Below, one piece after another: positions 1 through 12,700 of a stretch of 63,985 nucleotides of DNA. Every line of letters begins with the position of its first letter. Position 1 is the stretch's first letter. The position numbers were made by a program, and so were the translations under genes. Origin of the DNA: Gnetum montanum (taxonomy: Eukaryota > Plantae > Gnetophyta); the NCBI GenBank assembly GCA_015680685.1, contig MNCI01000472.1, forward strand, positions 677,863 through 741,847, read 5' to 3'. Below the pieces are notes generated by a model. That model was not told where the DNA came from. It did no database searches and worked only from the letters and a program-made list of their open reading frames with translations.

Positions 1-675
1 AAATACCAGCCATTGGCCACAGGATAGAATCCCAAGGGAACTCGATAAAAAGATGGTGTGTCACTCCACCACCCCACTACACATGAGGCAAGTGTCATCA
101 GTGATAAGATGTCTCCCCCTCATCATGGCACTAATGAGGATCCTCTCCCTCCATGCCAACTATATCATTTATTAGTTGTTACATGTTAGTGGAAGTTTAG
201 CCCTTATTATTAAAGTTGAAATAAATTATGGTGAATTTTTAGTGCTTGGTTGGATCCTACAATTTCTAACTCTTATTATACGTAAGACTGAAGCAAATTC
301 TTTATTCTTTAAAATGATGTAACAATTATAGAAAACTACATTACAAATCACAGCATTTCATAAACAATTGTTCAAAAGGTTGAGTAACGTGCCAACTAGA
401 AAAAGAGAAAGTTTAACGGTGATCATTGAAAACATCGTTGCAAGCGAAACCATCGTTGTCCATACAGCATAATTGTATTATATGAAAGGACAGCATTTGT
501 AAAAAGTTATGAAACATCATATTATTTCAATACTAAATTCCTAGCAAGAATAAATTTATGCTTATAATCCATGCCTATAACCAAAAATATCGTTTAAGTT
601 GATTTCATAGTGGGGGCCCCCAAAAAATAACATTACTATTCTCTGCAGCAAGAGACAATTATAGACCATATGTAC

Positions 676-739
676 CTCCAAAATTCCATCTGCTGATGGA
701 TGGTGATATTGACTAACTCCAATAGCAACAAACTCATCT
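676..739 (-). CDS. ZGRF1: ZGRF1-like exon 14 (RDEFVAIGVSQYHHPSADGILE)
   Basis: tag| acceptor, |gtacat donor, phase 2->0. Confidence 0.8.
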
Positions 740-3700
740 CTATAGCCAAAGTAAGTGTTAAGAGAAAATGATCAAAATGTAGTTTATGCCCAGTAGAGTC
801 TTAAAGCATATTCATTCAGTAAAAGTTTGTTTTTACCTTTCCTCGCTTCTAAATCTGAGATTTGAACTAACAATCCAAAGGTCACCTCTGAGATGGGAAA
901 GTAAACAAGTTCAGTATTCTTTTTGTGCTTCAGATTATTACATGTTAAAATAATGAAGTGGAATCTTACATAACTAAGCAAGCAAATAAGCAATCACATA
1001 ATATGCAATATTGAATTATTGCATGAAACGCCTCAAAAGGAATTAGAATGCTATAACAATTTTCACCAGTACAGCGAAAAGAATAAGATAAATAATGAAT
1101 CCAAAGATCAGAATCTTTCACATGCAAAAAATCTAAATGAATTTTTCACAATTTTATGTCTGGAGAAATAAAATTTTATTTGTATTTTAATTTAACAGGT
1201 TAATATTTAGAAAACAGAATGTTATTAGCACAGATATGAAAACACTAATATATTGGATAACAAACCCGCACATTATCAATTGAGCTATCACAACATTGTC
1301 ATACAATTAATGGCATTTATGAGATATGTCAGGACACTTGTTCTATTCTTTTGTATGGGTTGTAAACCAATACATTAGAAGGGCTTGGTGAAGGGATTTC
1401 AATTATCATTGTTTGTTCATTGCAGCATTAGCTTTTTAGGGCTAAAAGTACGAGCTGTAAAGGTACTTGGTGCAATTTACATTTGGATAGCCAAAGGATC
1501 TTTAATTGAATGAAATCTTAGTTTGAAAATACAGATCAAAGAGCCTATACTTATTTGCTATTGTTATGGATGAATTAACAAATGAAATGCATAATGAAAT
1601 CCCTTAATGTATGCTGACTTAATCCTTCAAAGGATTTCAGAACTATTTAAAACCCGATTGATTGTGAAAAGGGGCAATTCATTAAGTATGACTACCACAT
1701 CAGCTTGTACAATAGCTCATAAAACCAAAATTGGCTCTACAAAATAGTTTACTCAAGTTAGCTTCACAAGATTAAAGCATGAGGAAAGATTATAAAATCT
1801 TCCTAGTATATCAATCCTATGTGATACATAAGCTATGTTATGAAGAAGGTTACTAGAATCATAAACTAGTTCTACAATTAGGAGTGAAAGCAGTCCTACA
1901 TGTCACACCATTACTCAAAGAATGAGCTTGAAATTAAGCATTGTTTGTAGAACCGAAATATGGTTCCATTAGCAAGCGTATAAGCAATTCTGCCAAGTCA
2001 ACTTAATTCAAATCAGAAGATTCAGAGTGGAAAATTGGTTCTACTGAAAATACATTTTTTAACCTCCACCATGTCAGCTCATTGTTTGGTACAAGTTCAT
2101 GGAACTTAAAAAGGGTTTTACGAAAAGACTATATAAACAACCTCCTAAGAAACACAAGATACTCACCTACACATTGCCAGGTCAAATATTTTGGTAAAAA
2201 AACATAGAACAAAATTTGGCTCTACAAAGAAAATCAAAGATGGTTGTACAAATTATGCTATCATAAAGTGAGTTTGTATGTAGAACCAAAATCCAACTCA
2301 CAAGCAATCTCATTTCTTGCTTTGACAAGTCAGCAATCAAAGTGATGTCATATGTCGTAATATGGAAGTTTGAGTTACGTGGTTCATAAAACTAAAATTA
2401 GATTCTTTGAGCAAATATAAAATTGGCTCTGCCATGTCAACTCCTATATAGAATGATTCTACAAAACCCAGATTTGGCTCTACAAACATGCTTAAAATCA
2501 GTTCTACAGACTACATCATTAGAACGCAGTAAAATAAGCTCATTTAAAGAATCAAACTTCGACTCTACAAGAAATACCATTTTTACCTTTGCCTAGTCAA
2601 CATTTGAAGTGGTGATAAGAGGAATTAAAGTATGTGGTTCTTAGAACATGAATTAGGCTTCACAAAAAGCTTCCGAAGTAGTTCTACCACATCAGCTTTA
2701 GAAAAAGGGCATCGCTTGTAGAGCTAAACTTTGGTTCTACAACTGAGCACAAAAATAGTTCTACCACATCGGCTTATTCATAGAATCAATTTATACAACT
2801 AAAACTTGGTCCTACAAAGCAACTTAAAATTAGTTCTACCACGTCTGCTCTAGAGAAAGGGTACCGCTCGTAGAGTTAAAATTTGGTTCTACAAGCGAAC
2901 GCAAAAACGGGTCTACCACGTTGCCTCATTCGTAGAATCAATTTATAGAGACGAAACTCAACCTTATAGAGACGAAACTCAACCTTAAAAAATAGATTTT
3001 GGGCGGCAACAGGAGCGACCACCGCAACAGGAGCGACCACGGCGGCAACAGAAGCGGCCACGGCGGCAACAGGAGCGACCACGGCGGCAACAACTGGGAC
3101 AGGAGTGCCCGCCGCCACCATAGCCGACGGTCGAGGGACAGAGAAACCCGATGGCGCCATAACGGCCCACTCCCTGCATCTGCGCATTCACCAACCCCCT
3201 CCCGAGGGCGTCCGCACGATGGAACGCAACCTCATTGGCCAGTTCATATCCCAAGGGGGACGCCCGAGGCTAGACCTTATTCGCCGATGGACAAAGGAGC
3301 AATGGAAAATCGAGGACGTGGATGTCCGGAGCCTCTCAAAGGACCTACTCCTTTTCATCCTCCCCTCCCTACAGGCCCAAGACTCCATTCTGCTCGAAGG
3401 CCCATGGTTCTATGGGGCCCAGGGCCTCGCCTTGACCCCGTGGCGCCCCGGGGCCCACAGAGAGGCCGACCTGTTCACCCGGGCCCCGGTCTGGGTACGG
3501 GTGGCTAGCATCCCATGGGAATTCTGGAACCTTGAGTTCCTGATGGAGGTCGCGGGATACTTCGGCGACTTCATTGCCTTCGACCGTGTCACACGGTCGA
3601 TGGAGAGGATGGGCTTTGCCCGGTTTTGCGTCTAGAGGAGCCTCTCGGTGACCGACCTCGTCCAGGAGGTCATACTGGAACTCCCCAGGGGGGAGGAATC

Positions 3701-6700
3701 CCTCCAGGTTACCTTCGAGAACCTGGCCATGGAAACCAACAAGATGCACAGTGCCGGCAACCAAACGGGTCGGCCGAACGGATGCGGGTGCTGCGGAAAG
3801 CCTGGACACCTGGAGGCAGAATGTCGGTTTCGTAGATCGCGACCGAGAGACCCGGCTCGCCAACTTTTCGAGGGAGGCAACTAGGTAACCATGGGACGTA
3901 AGGGACGACTGCGCCCCCCGTCCGACCAACCGGCCTCAGCTGCTAACCNNNNNNNNNNNNNNNNNNNNNNNNNNNNNNNNNNNNNNNNNNNNNNNNNNNN
4001 NNNNNNNNNNNNNNNNNNNNNNNNNNNNNNNNNNNNNNNNNNNNNNNNNNNNNNNNNNNNNNNNNNNNNNNNNNNNNNNNNNNNNNNNNNNNNNNNNNNN
4101 NNNNNNNNNNNNNNNNNNNNNNNNNNNNNNNNNNNNNNNNNNGCTTTGGTTTTGTCGCTAGAGTTGTTTTGATTAATGTGGGGGTCCTCCCCTCTCATGG
4201 TGGGGCCATTCCTGATGGCCCCCACTTGTAATCTCTTGTACCATATTTTGTGTTTCTAAGTAATTTAATCCCTACTACTTTCTCAAAAAAAACAAGAGGA
4301 TTCAAAAAGGAAGTTATAAGCTATCCCACATATTGGCTCAAACAATTTTATAAACAAAACCTTCAAATTTTAAGAGCACCACATCAATAGAAGTAGAATC
4401 AAAATGAATTCTTCTAAATAGATGAGTATCCATTTAAATTAAGCCCTAGATATGCTAAATAAGAGCTAAGTTGGCTAAAATAAGGATGGGGTAATGAGAT
4501 TAAAGCTTTTAATGGAGTAGCTCAGCAAAATCAAAGCTTGTGACATGTGTCAAGAACTAAGTTGAACAGCCTATCTAAAGTGAGAATATTAAAGAACAAA
4601 GCCCTAAATATTAATAAGCAAAATCAAGGCAAATTTCAAATGCACAACCATTAAGAAGTAGAGCCAAGAACTGAAATAGAGCTCAGAGCTTAGACAAAGC
4701 TATCATTGAAGCACAAAGGAGTATCTCCAAAGGTCTCACAAAATTCATTAGAAAAATAACCAACAGGTCTCGCAAAGAGAAGGAAGAGACATCTCAAAAA
4801 TTTCAGGACATTGATACCTTTGCTTTCTGTAAGTACTTGCAACAATTCAACCTAAATATTTATCAGCTTTGACAATGGATTAAAGTTGCACAGTTAGTGC
4901 TAGAAGTGGAAAAGGTGAACTTATTCAGCTTTGACAAAGATCGTGATCTAATAGAAAAATCAAGCCTTTAGTCTACAAAGTCAATGAAAGAATGGTGGGA
5001 AATATCTAAGAACACAAGGCTCCACAAGCTTGGCTTCAAGTCCAAGGCAAACCTCATTAGAGATGCCCTAAATCACCTAATAGTAGAAATAGTGTAAGAA
5101 AAAAACAAGCTATGATTCAGGGGAAATATGAAACACTATATGGAATTCTATAGCCAAATATTACAAAGATAGAAGCTCATCAATTCAATAAGGAAGTGCT
5201 AAGCAGTAAATTCTGGGGCCATCCTCAATCTAGGAAAATCATCAAGCTGCCACTGGCTAATCTAGCAAAGGCCCAAGGATACAGGAATGCCATTTCAAAG
5301 GCTTCAGAGCTCAAGTTCCCTCATAGAATTTTTATTTCAGCTTTAAATTTTTGTTCAGGCTGCAAGATTAATTCAATTGCTAATTATCGTGTTTGGGCCA
5401 AGGTAGCTCTAGAAAATAAGAGACATTTCTTTCCCGTTCAATATATGAATGATGCATTTCAGCATAACCTTTCAAAGATGCATAAACAAGGGGTTCAAAT
5501 GAGTCTTAGCTCAATTTTATCAGATCGTCTATTAAATGAAGTTCCTGAACCTAAGAGGATGGCCCTGATTTTTACTGATTACGCATCACAAAGGAGAGCT
5601 CGTCTAGAAGACCCTTGTTATGATTTCTTCCCAACTGTCTACCAAAGGAGCTACTTTGATGCACAAGCTTTAGGGTTCTTGATGAATTGTGTTTATCCTC
5701 ATTTGATAAAGTTAATTTTGGGAGTTTTCCCACCAAGAGTTGACCAACAAGTCATCAATTAAATAAGGGAAAAATGTCATGGGGTTGTCTTTCTACATGC
5801 TTGGTACACTCAAATTCTCATAGCAGGTTTTGAAGGAAAGGCCTTCAAGTAACCAAGATTTGTTGCTCCTTAATTGGCAACCCTAGAGGTTGGGCATCAG
5901 ATGTGGGAAAGTCCTCTATGGCATGACTATAAGCATACAGAAGTTTTCCATCTAAAATTCAGCCTTTGGGAATTTATCACCTCAAGGCATTTAAAAGCAA
6001 TGGCCAAAAGAAACAAAGAACAATGTAGCTTTCCTCTAGCTCCAAGGAGAATATACTCAACTACTAAGACTAGAAAAGTCTATCAGCCAAATGAAACAGA
6101 TGTAGTCTATCTTAAGACAACTGACAGGGAAGTAAATCAAGCCAAAGATGAAGCTCTAGCATAGCTAAAAAAGAGCCTATCAATGAAATTATTGGCCATA
6201 TCCTGTGATGCTCCAGTTATCAAAGTATGCAAATGGATGGAAGACAAGGATCACCCATTGGCAAGAGACTTCTCAAAAGAACACTTGGCTCAAATGACAA
6301 AAAATTATTTTTCCTAGAAGCTACTGGAACCAGAGCATGCAATGCCTAATGAAAGGTTTTCCCTTGACAGAGTTGAGTATGCAAGAGTTAGAGCCATGAT
6401 GAAAACAAGGGCCAAGCAAGCAAGGGCCAAAAAAGAGCTATAGCAACAACACTGCTACAGAAACAATGGTTGGAAGAGCTACAGCACCAACGGTTACAGC
6501 AATAACAAGGAGAAGGAGGAAGCTCATCCTTAGCCCTCAATTTTCAAAGTAAAAGAAAAAGAAGGATGTACCATCCTTAGCCAAAAGCTACCCACAATGT
6601 CGAAGACAGAAGCTAGTATTATCTTTCAATATAAAGAAGATGATCCACAAACTCAAAAACAAAAGCTGGTGATGTCTCATCAAGATATGTCAGAGATTGT

Positions 6701-9700
6701 AGCTATTCTGATTAAAGAAATAGCCAATAATCAAATAGCTAAGCTTAAAGAATTTCTTGAGAAAAAGGAACATAAGACATCAAAATTGCAGGATGAATTG
6801 AAAAGCTCTAGAGAAGAAAACAAGCAGCTCAAAGCAATGATTACTATCAAGGAATCATTGCTAAAAAATAAAGAGCAAGAAGCAGCTCAGATTGAAGAAA
6901 GCCTAGCTATGGTAAGCTCAGAATTAGAGCAGGTCAGGAAAGGTAAGGCTTCAGATTATTCACACCTAGCCCTACCAGGTTTCATTGAAATAATCACTAA
7001 AATAAATTATAGCAAGGAATGGATGAAGGATTGCGATGAGCGGGAAAATGAAGGCTGCTAGGCATGTGGATGGGGAAGCCTTGGGGCTCGACGAAGGTGG
7101 CAATGTCGTTGGGCACAGAGACCAAATGTCTAGTGCAGCTACACAAGGCCCAAGCAAGGGGATGTTTGGGGAGAGAATGGAAGTTGGAGAGGGAACAAGA
7201 GACAGTGGGGTTGGGAACGAGAACAGACCAACAATTAGGGTTCAGGTACAGATGGATGGAGAGGAAGATTTCAAGGCCTACTCAAGAGAGGGGACCACTA
7301 TGCAGCTCAAGGTGGGACACCCACTTGAGGAGGTGGTAAAAACCCTAGGGAGGAGCCTGTTGGGTAAATTCATGTCAGAAGGAGCATGCCTGCGAATGGA
7401 TCTTAATCAAGCAATGTGTCAAGGTGGCATGGGGTTTGGAGAATGTGAGGGTGCAAAGCCTCATAGATGATAGGTTGCTCTTCATTTTCTAGATGGAGGC
7501 TGATCAGGAGAGGGTGCTATTGGGGGGGAGGCGGGCCATGGTTTTACAAAGCCCATGGTTTGGCTCTGGCACCTTGGAGGCTGAGAGCTCACCGAGATGC
7601 AAGCTTGTTTGATCGAGCATCGATGTGGGATCGGATCTTGGACTTGCCCCTGGAGTACTGGGCATTGGAATTTTTGAAATCATTTGCTGGCCTATTCGGA
7701 GAACTCATAACATTTGATGCTTTCACTGCATTGATGGATAGGATGGGAGTGGAACTTGCACCTAGTTAATTAAGACACTATTGCTCAGCCCTGAGAGGTA
7801 GGGGGTTAGGAGTAATGAAGTTTGAAGATTTAGTTCTAATGGGTTACCAGACTCTGGTCAATCATATTACCCAGCTAAGGCATAACCAAGCACAATGGAT
7901 ATAGATCATCAAATCAAAATATACACAATGGGCAGCTGACCGTAGAGACTCACTCATTTGGAGAACAATATGTGCACATGTTATGAGTATGAATGCAATA
8001 GGAATGATGGGGGAGTCACCCCAAGATCTCATTAGATGGAAGTTCCCGACGATGAGAGGATGGTGTCATGTGGAAAGGTCGCTTGCCCGAAAAGATTGAA
8101 ATCTTTTTGTGGGTGATTAATCACAATGCATTGCCCGTGCATGCTATTTTGTAGGGTCAGGACCTTGGCATGATGGACACATGTCCGCTTTGCATGCAAG
8201 CCTCGAAAACCATTCAGCACTTCGTGTACAAGTGTATTTATCAAATTTAGGTCTAGTAGGAGTTAGCACGTTTGCATACTCTGCATATGCAGGATCTCAA
8301 TGGGGATTCAATGAGTGCTGCAATGCTTTTGAGTGCTGCAATGCTTTTGGGTGACCTAGAAGGGCCGAAACACGTTGATTTTTCATGGTCAACAGCTATC
8401 GACTCCGTTACAACTAGTGAGTCGAGGGAGTAGGCTTTGGTGTGAGGCAACAACTACAATGGGGCAGACACCCACATTCGAACCCACTTGTGAGGGGTTT
8501 CAGCAAAATGCAAAGTTATGGGAGCTAGTTCGAAGAGTCAGTTAGGCAAATGTGCTGCAACTGTTACGGGGGAACCCTAAGCTAGCTGATGACACATTTT
8601 TTTGTAACTAGCAAAGAGACGCCACAACATTCAAACAGGTCCACATCACGCTAACAAAAGCAACGCTAGTTGATTGTCTGGGTGTGTCGACGTCGAGGGA
8701 AATTACTCTCCCTCATGGTCAGGGTTTCTAGGACGCGTAGGTGTTTTCTATGAGGGCTATCCTAAAAATGGTGAGCAAGCAAATCCCGAGATCGACGCTA
8801 CATAGTTTTTGGCAAGAAGCAGTGGATTTGGTGGACCGCTACTTCGTCCAATTTGAAAATGTGTTGAAGTTGTAAAAGGTTCACTTTGCCTTTTTGAATT
8901 ATTTGAAATTTTGTCAACAAGTCAATTTGTCGAGGTTTTTCTGGTTGCATTAAGATTGTAGCATCATGGTCGGCATTCTAGATTAATTATTGCCCTTTGG
9001 AGATCAGCGACCCTGCTTGTGCTAAGGCCCCCCACGACCAAAGCCACAATTCACCTAGAGTTGGCATAGGGGAGTTGCAGTGGTGGATGTGGGGGTTTCG
9101 TCTACGACAAGGGATGAGGGGCCACAAAGGGGGTCTGGTGGACCGATGCCAGAGGAAGTACGAACAACCCAAGAGGGGCTGCAGGTTGCTCAGGCACAAA
9201 TTCAACATTTGGAGGCACAAAAAGTGCTATAGGAAATGGAGGCCGACCTTTCCAGGGAAAGCATGCATGTTTCAAAGGCCAAGGCAGTTGAAGAGGTAGC
9301 AAAGGCAGCCAAGCAGGCAAATAGGTACACTTGGGAAGCCAAGTGGAAGGCTCGAGAGCAAGAGTTTTCCTGACAACTCAACACGGTGGAGCACACACTC
9401 GTAAAGCATGTAAAAGAGATGTAGCGTGCATGGGATCTCAAGGAGTCGATGTTGAGGGCTACCCTAGAGGATTCTCTGCAAGAACAAGTTAGGGTGGAGC
9501 TGTTGCAAGCTAAGAAACATAATGCAAAAAGGGAGGAGTCCGACCTGGAGGAACGTGAGCAAGAATGGCAAGAGGCAACAGAGCTTCAGCGCCAAATCAA
9601 TTGTGTGCATGAGACTAGGGCTTAGATGTGGCTACACGAGGGGAAGTGTCCATACAAAGTTATGGATATTTGCAGTCAAACATCATGGGAGGTGCTCTGT

Positions 9701-12700
9701 CAACACATTCAACAAGCTACTACTAGGTTGCATCCGAATGGGAAAGATGCAACTGCGGAGCAAACACAGAAGGCTGAGGCTGCTAAAGAGTTTCAACAAG
9801 TTGCAACATTTGTTGATACTGAGCAACACTGGATGGCACTAGATAATATCCATGCCCAAGAATCGACTAGATGTCCTTGCAAGCGATTGCCTAAGTGGCT
9901 CTAGCTTTGGTTTGGGGAGTGGTAGTATAGTCATTGGGTGGGATACAAGGCTACCGTTGGCTCCATGACCTCTGTGTCCAATCTTGTGTATAGGGTGTTT
10001 GGGCTAGCATTGTGCATGTGCTAGTCTAGTTAACGATCATCGGTTACTGTAAGTATGGGGGTTTTGTTGTTGGGGAGTTGTTATTGCCAAGGGTGTTTGG
10101 TTTGGGGTGTGTTTGTGTTCATGGGTGGAAGGCAGGGAGTTTTACCTCCACCGTGATGAGATGGTTTTTCCACTTTTGTACATCTCACTATTTTGTTTTC
10201 ATTTTAATGCAAATTTTTCCTGACCTCTTCTCAAAACGATAAATTTTGAGGAAAATTCTCTATTGTTAAAAATATTCAATCACATTAAACTCAATTGTAC
10301 CAGCAAAAGCTATTTCGAGAAGTCCATGCCTTGATGGTACTGCAGACTAGCAACCACCTAAAATGAGTAATCATTAAGTGTGGTTTCTTGTAGTAGGGTC
10401 ATTCCCCTGTTCCAACAACAACTAAATCTTCACATCAACTATCCCCTAGGAGGATGCCACCCAACACTTGATAAGATCGAGTCTAGGGTGAGCCCCTACA
10501 GACAAAAACTTGTCAATCAAGCTCCTCTGCATAGTCTCCAAACCCTCAGACAAAAACCCTAGATTCAAGTGAAGGCATATTTGCGCTAGGCCACATCAAT
10601 ACCCCCTACCCCATGGTGCCAAACCCCAAAACCTATTGATCCTTCACCAGAGTCCTAGGATCACCCCATTTGAAAATGTTGTTCTTTACAACAACTGGTT
10701 CTCCTCTTACATCCATCCCTCCTACAGTAGTGTCGCAAGGTGCCCCCATGTAGGTGTTCTATCTTTTTGCTCATCACCATCATGCAAAGTGTCTTTTCCA
10801 CTCCCATTTGCACCTTTCCTAGCCACTCCAATTGCACTCACTAAACCATCCCGGTACAACTCACCATTCACCGAGCCACCCTCATTACTACCCTTGTTCA
10901 TTGTTCTACCCCCATTAGCACCACTAGTTGTCGTGTCACTCACCAAGCCACCCCCACCCACTACACAGTTCACCGACCCCTCTCCTAATGTTGTGTTGTG
11001 TTTTGGTGACATTTGGAAAAAAATTCTATGATGAGTATAACATTCTAAGCTAGTAAATTCACACTTTGTATTTCGATTGTTGGTAACTTCATTCTCTATA
11101 TTCTAGTTTGCTAGTAAATTCATACAATGAATCATATATGATTGAGCTACAAATATAGAAATGGTTATCATTATTGCGACACACACCTATGTTGTAGTAG
11201 TCAAGTTGTGTTTGATATAACAAAGTTATATATGATTTGTGCATGTGATGTGATGAGTGCAGGTATGATGTTGTTACCAAAGTGCATGTATTGTTAAGGC
11301 TTAAGCCAACCTAGTATTGTGCCTTGTTGTCTGGCTTTACAACAATGCATATAGCACTAGTTGCTTGTGATCAGTCAGCAGGTAGAGATAGCATGAGCTA
11401 TGTGGACCAGTTGGTGGTGAGGCACCCTAAAGGTGGTACAAGATTTACCCCCATTGTGATGCATCAGTGAGGCTCTTGTCTCAAGCCTCATCCTAGGAGT
11501 GGGAGAGCATAGGTGTACCTATCCCTACAACCGGTATGTGGCATAGGTGTGTTCATCTCTATGGCCAATCCTCCAAAAGGCTAGCAGTTGCAGATCATAG
11601 GTTGATGAACCCTAGTACTAATTGAGAAAATAAAAGACAAGTGCTTGTTAACAAATCCTCATGACAACTGATGCATAGATATGCTAGTTGTCACATGCAT
11701 TATGTATGCATGCTATGATGGTTATATCTAGTATTTATGTTCAAGCATATGAGTGGGTGTTATTGGAGTGTAATATGTGTGAGTCTATTGGTATTGATGT
11801 ATGATGTACTGATTATTGCCCATACTTGACGTGTTTGTGTTACGCTGATTGTTGCCATGCTTGATGTGTTTGTATTGTGATATGGAACACATTAGCATGA
11901 CTAACCTTTGATGCAAGATGCTCTTTATCCCCCTTTCTCTTCTCCAACTCAACATCAATCAACCATCAGGTAGGGGAAGTATAAAGGTTTCCACTTAGTT
12001 TATACTAACGATGTTTTATACAAGTAATGAAGTTGGAGACACCAATGAGCATTAGGGCTGATCAAGGGTATGGAGCTTGAATTTCCATGTATTTATGTAC
12101 ATTCATGTATATTCCAGCTTATGAGATGAGCATATTTGAATGTCTTTAGTAGGGGCAACTATGAAGTTGGACCCATAGGAAGTTGTAGCTTGATGAGATA
12201 ACATTTGTGAAATTATAGTTTTCTTTCATATGATGACTAGGTGTCCTAATCATGTTTTGAGAATTGTTTTAATTTATGTTTCTTCCTTTGTCTATTAATC
12301 GCCAATGTTTATGATTATTCATTAATCCAATCATTCATTAGTCAATTCTAGGCGCAACACCATCTTAGTTTTCAGGTACTAGGTGAGGTCTAATAAGAGC
12401 CAAGTAAGACGACTTGCTAACGCTTAACACAGACTAGACAATTATTGTTAGAAGGCATTTCATAATCTAAGTAGAAGAAAACAAAAGGAAGGGTTGACAA
12501 AATACAGCCTAGGATGAAATAGTTAACAAATGCATGATAGATTACAAAGTGACGAACATTCTAATCTCGGATCAACATAAATGATGACGTATTCTGTACT
12601 TTATTGTTTATATTTAATAGATAGCCCAAATTTTCTCAAAAAAAATCTTGGATTAACAAAAATGATGTAAGAGAATACTTTAAGGCTAACCCAACAATAA

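Noticed and set aside
2681-3100. Regularly spaced repeats as a CRISPR-like array
   Set aside because: Eukaryotic context, inter-repeat sequences are themselves homologous, and no cas genes are present.
10636-11031. Overlapping 131-aa/96-aa ORFs
   Set aside because: Low-complexity Pro/Gly-rich repeat-derived sequence with no recognisable domain.
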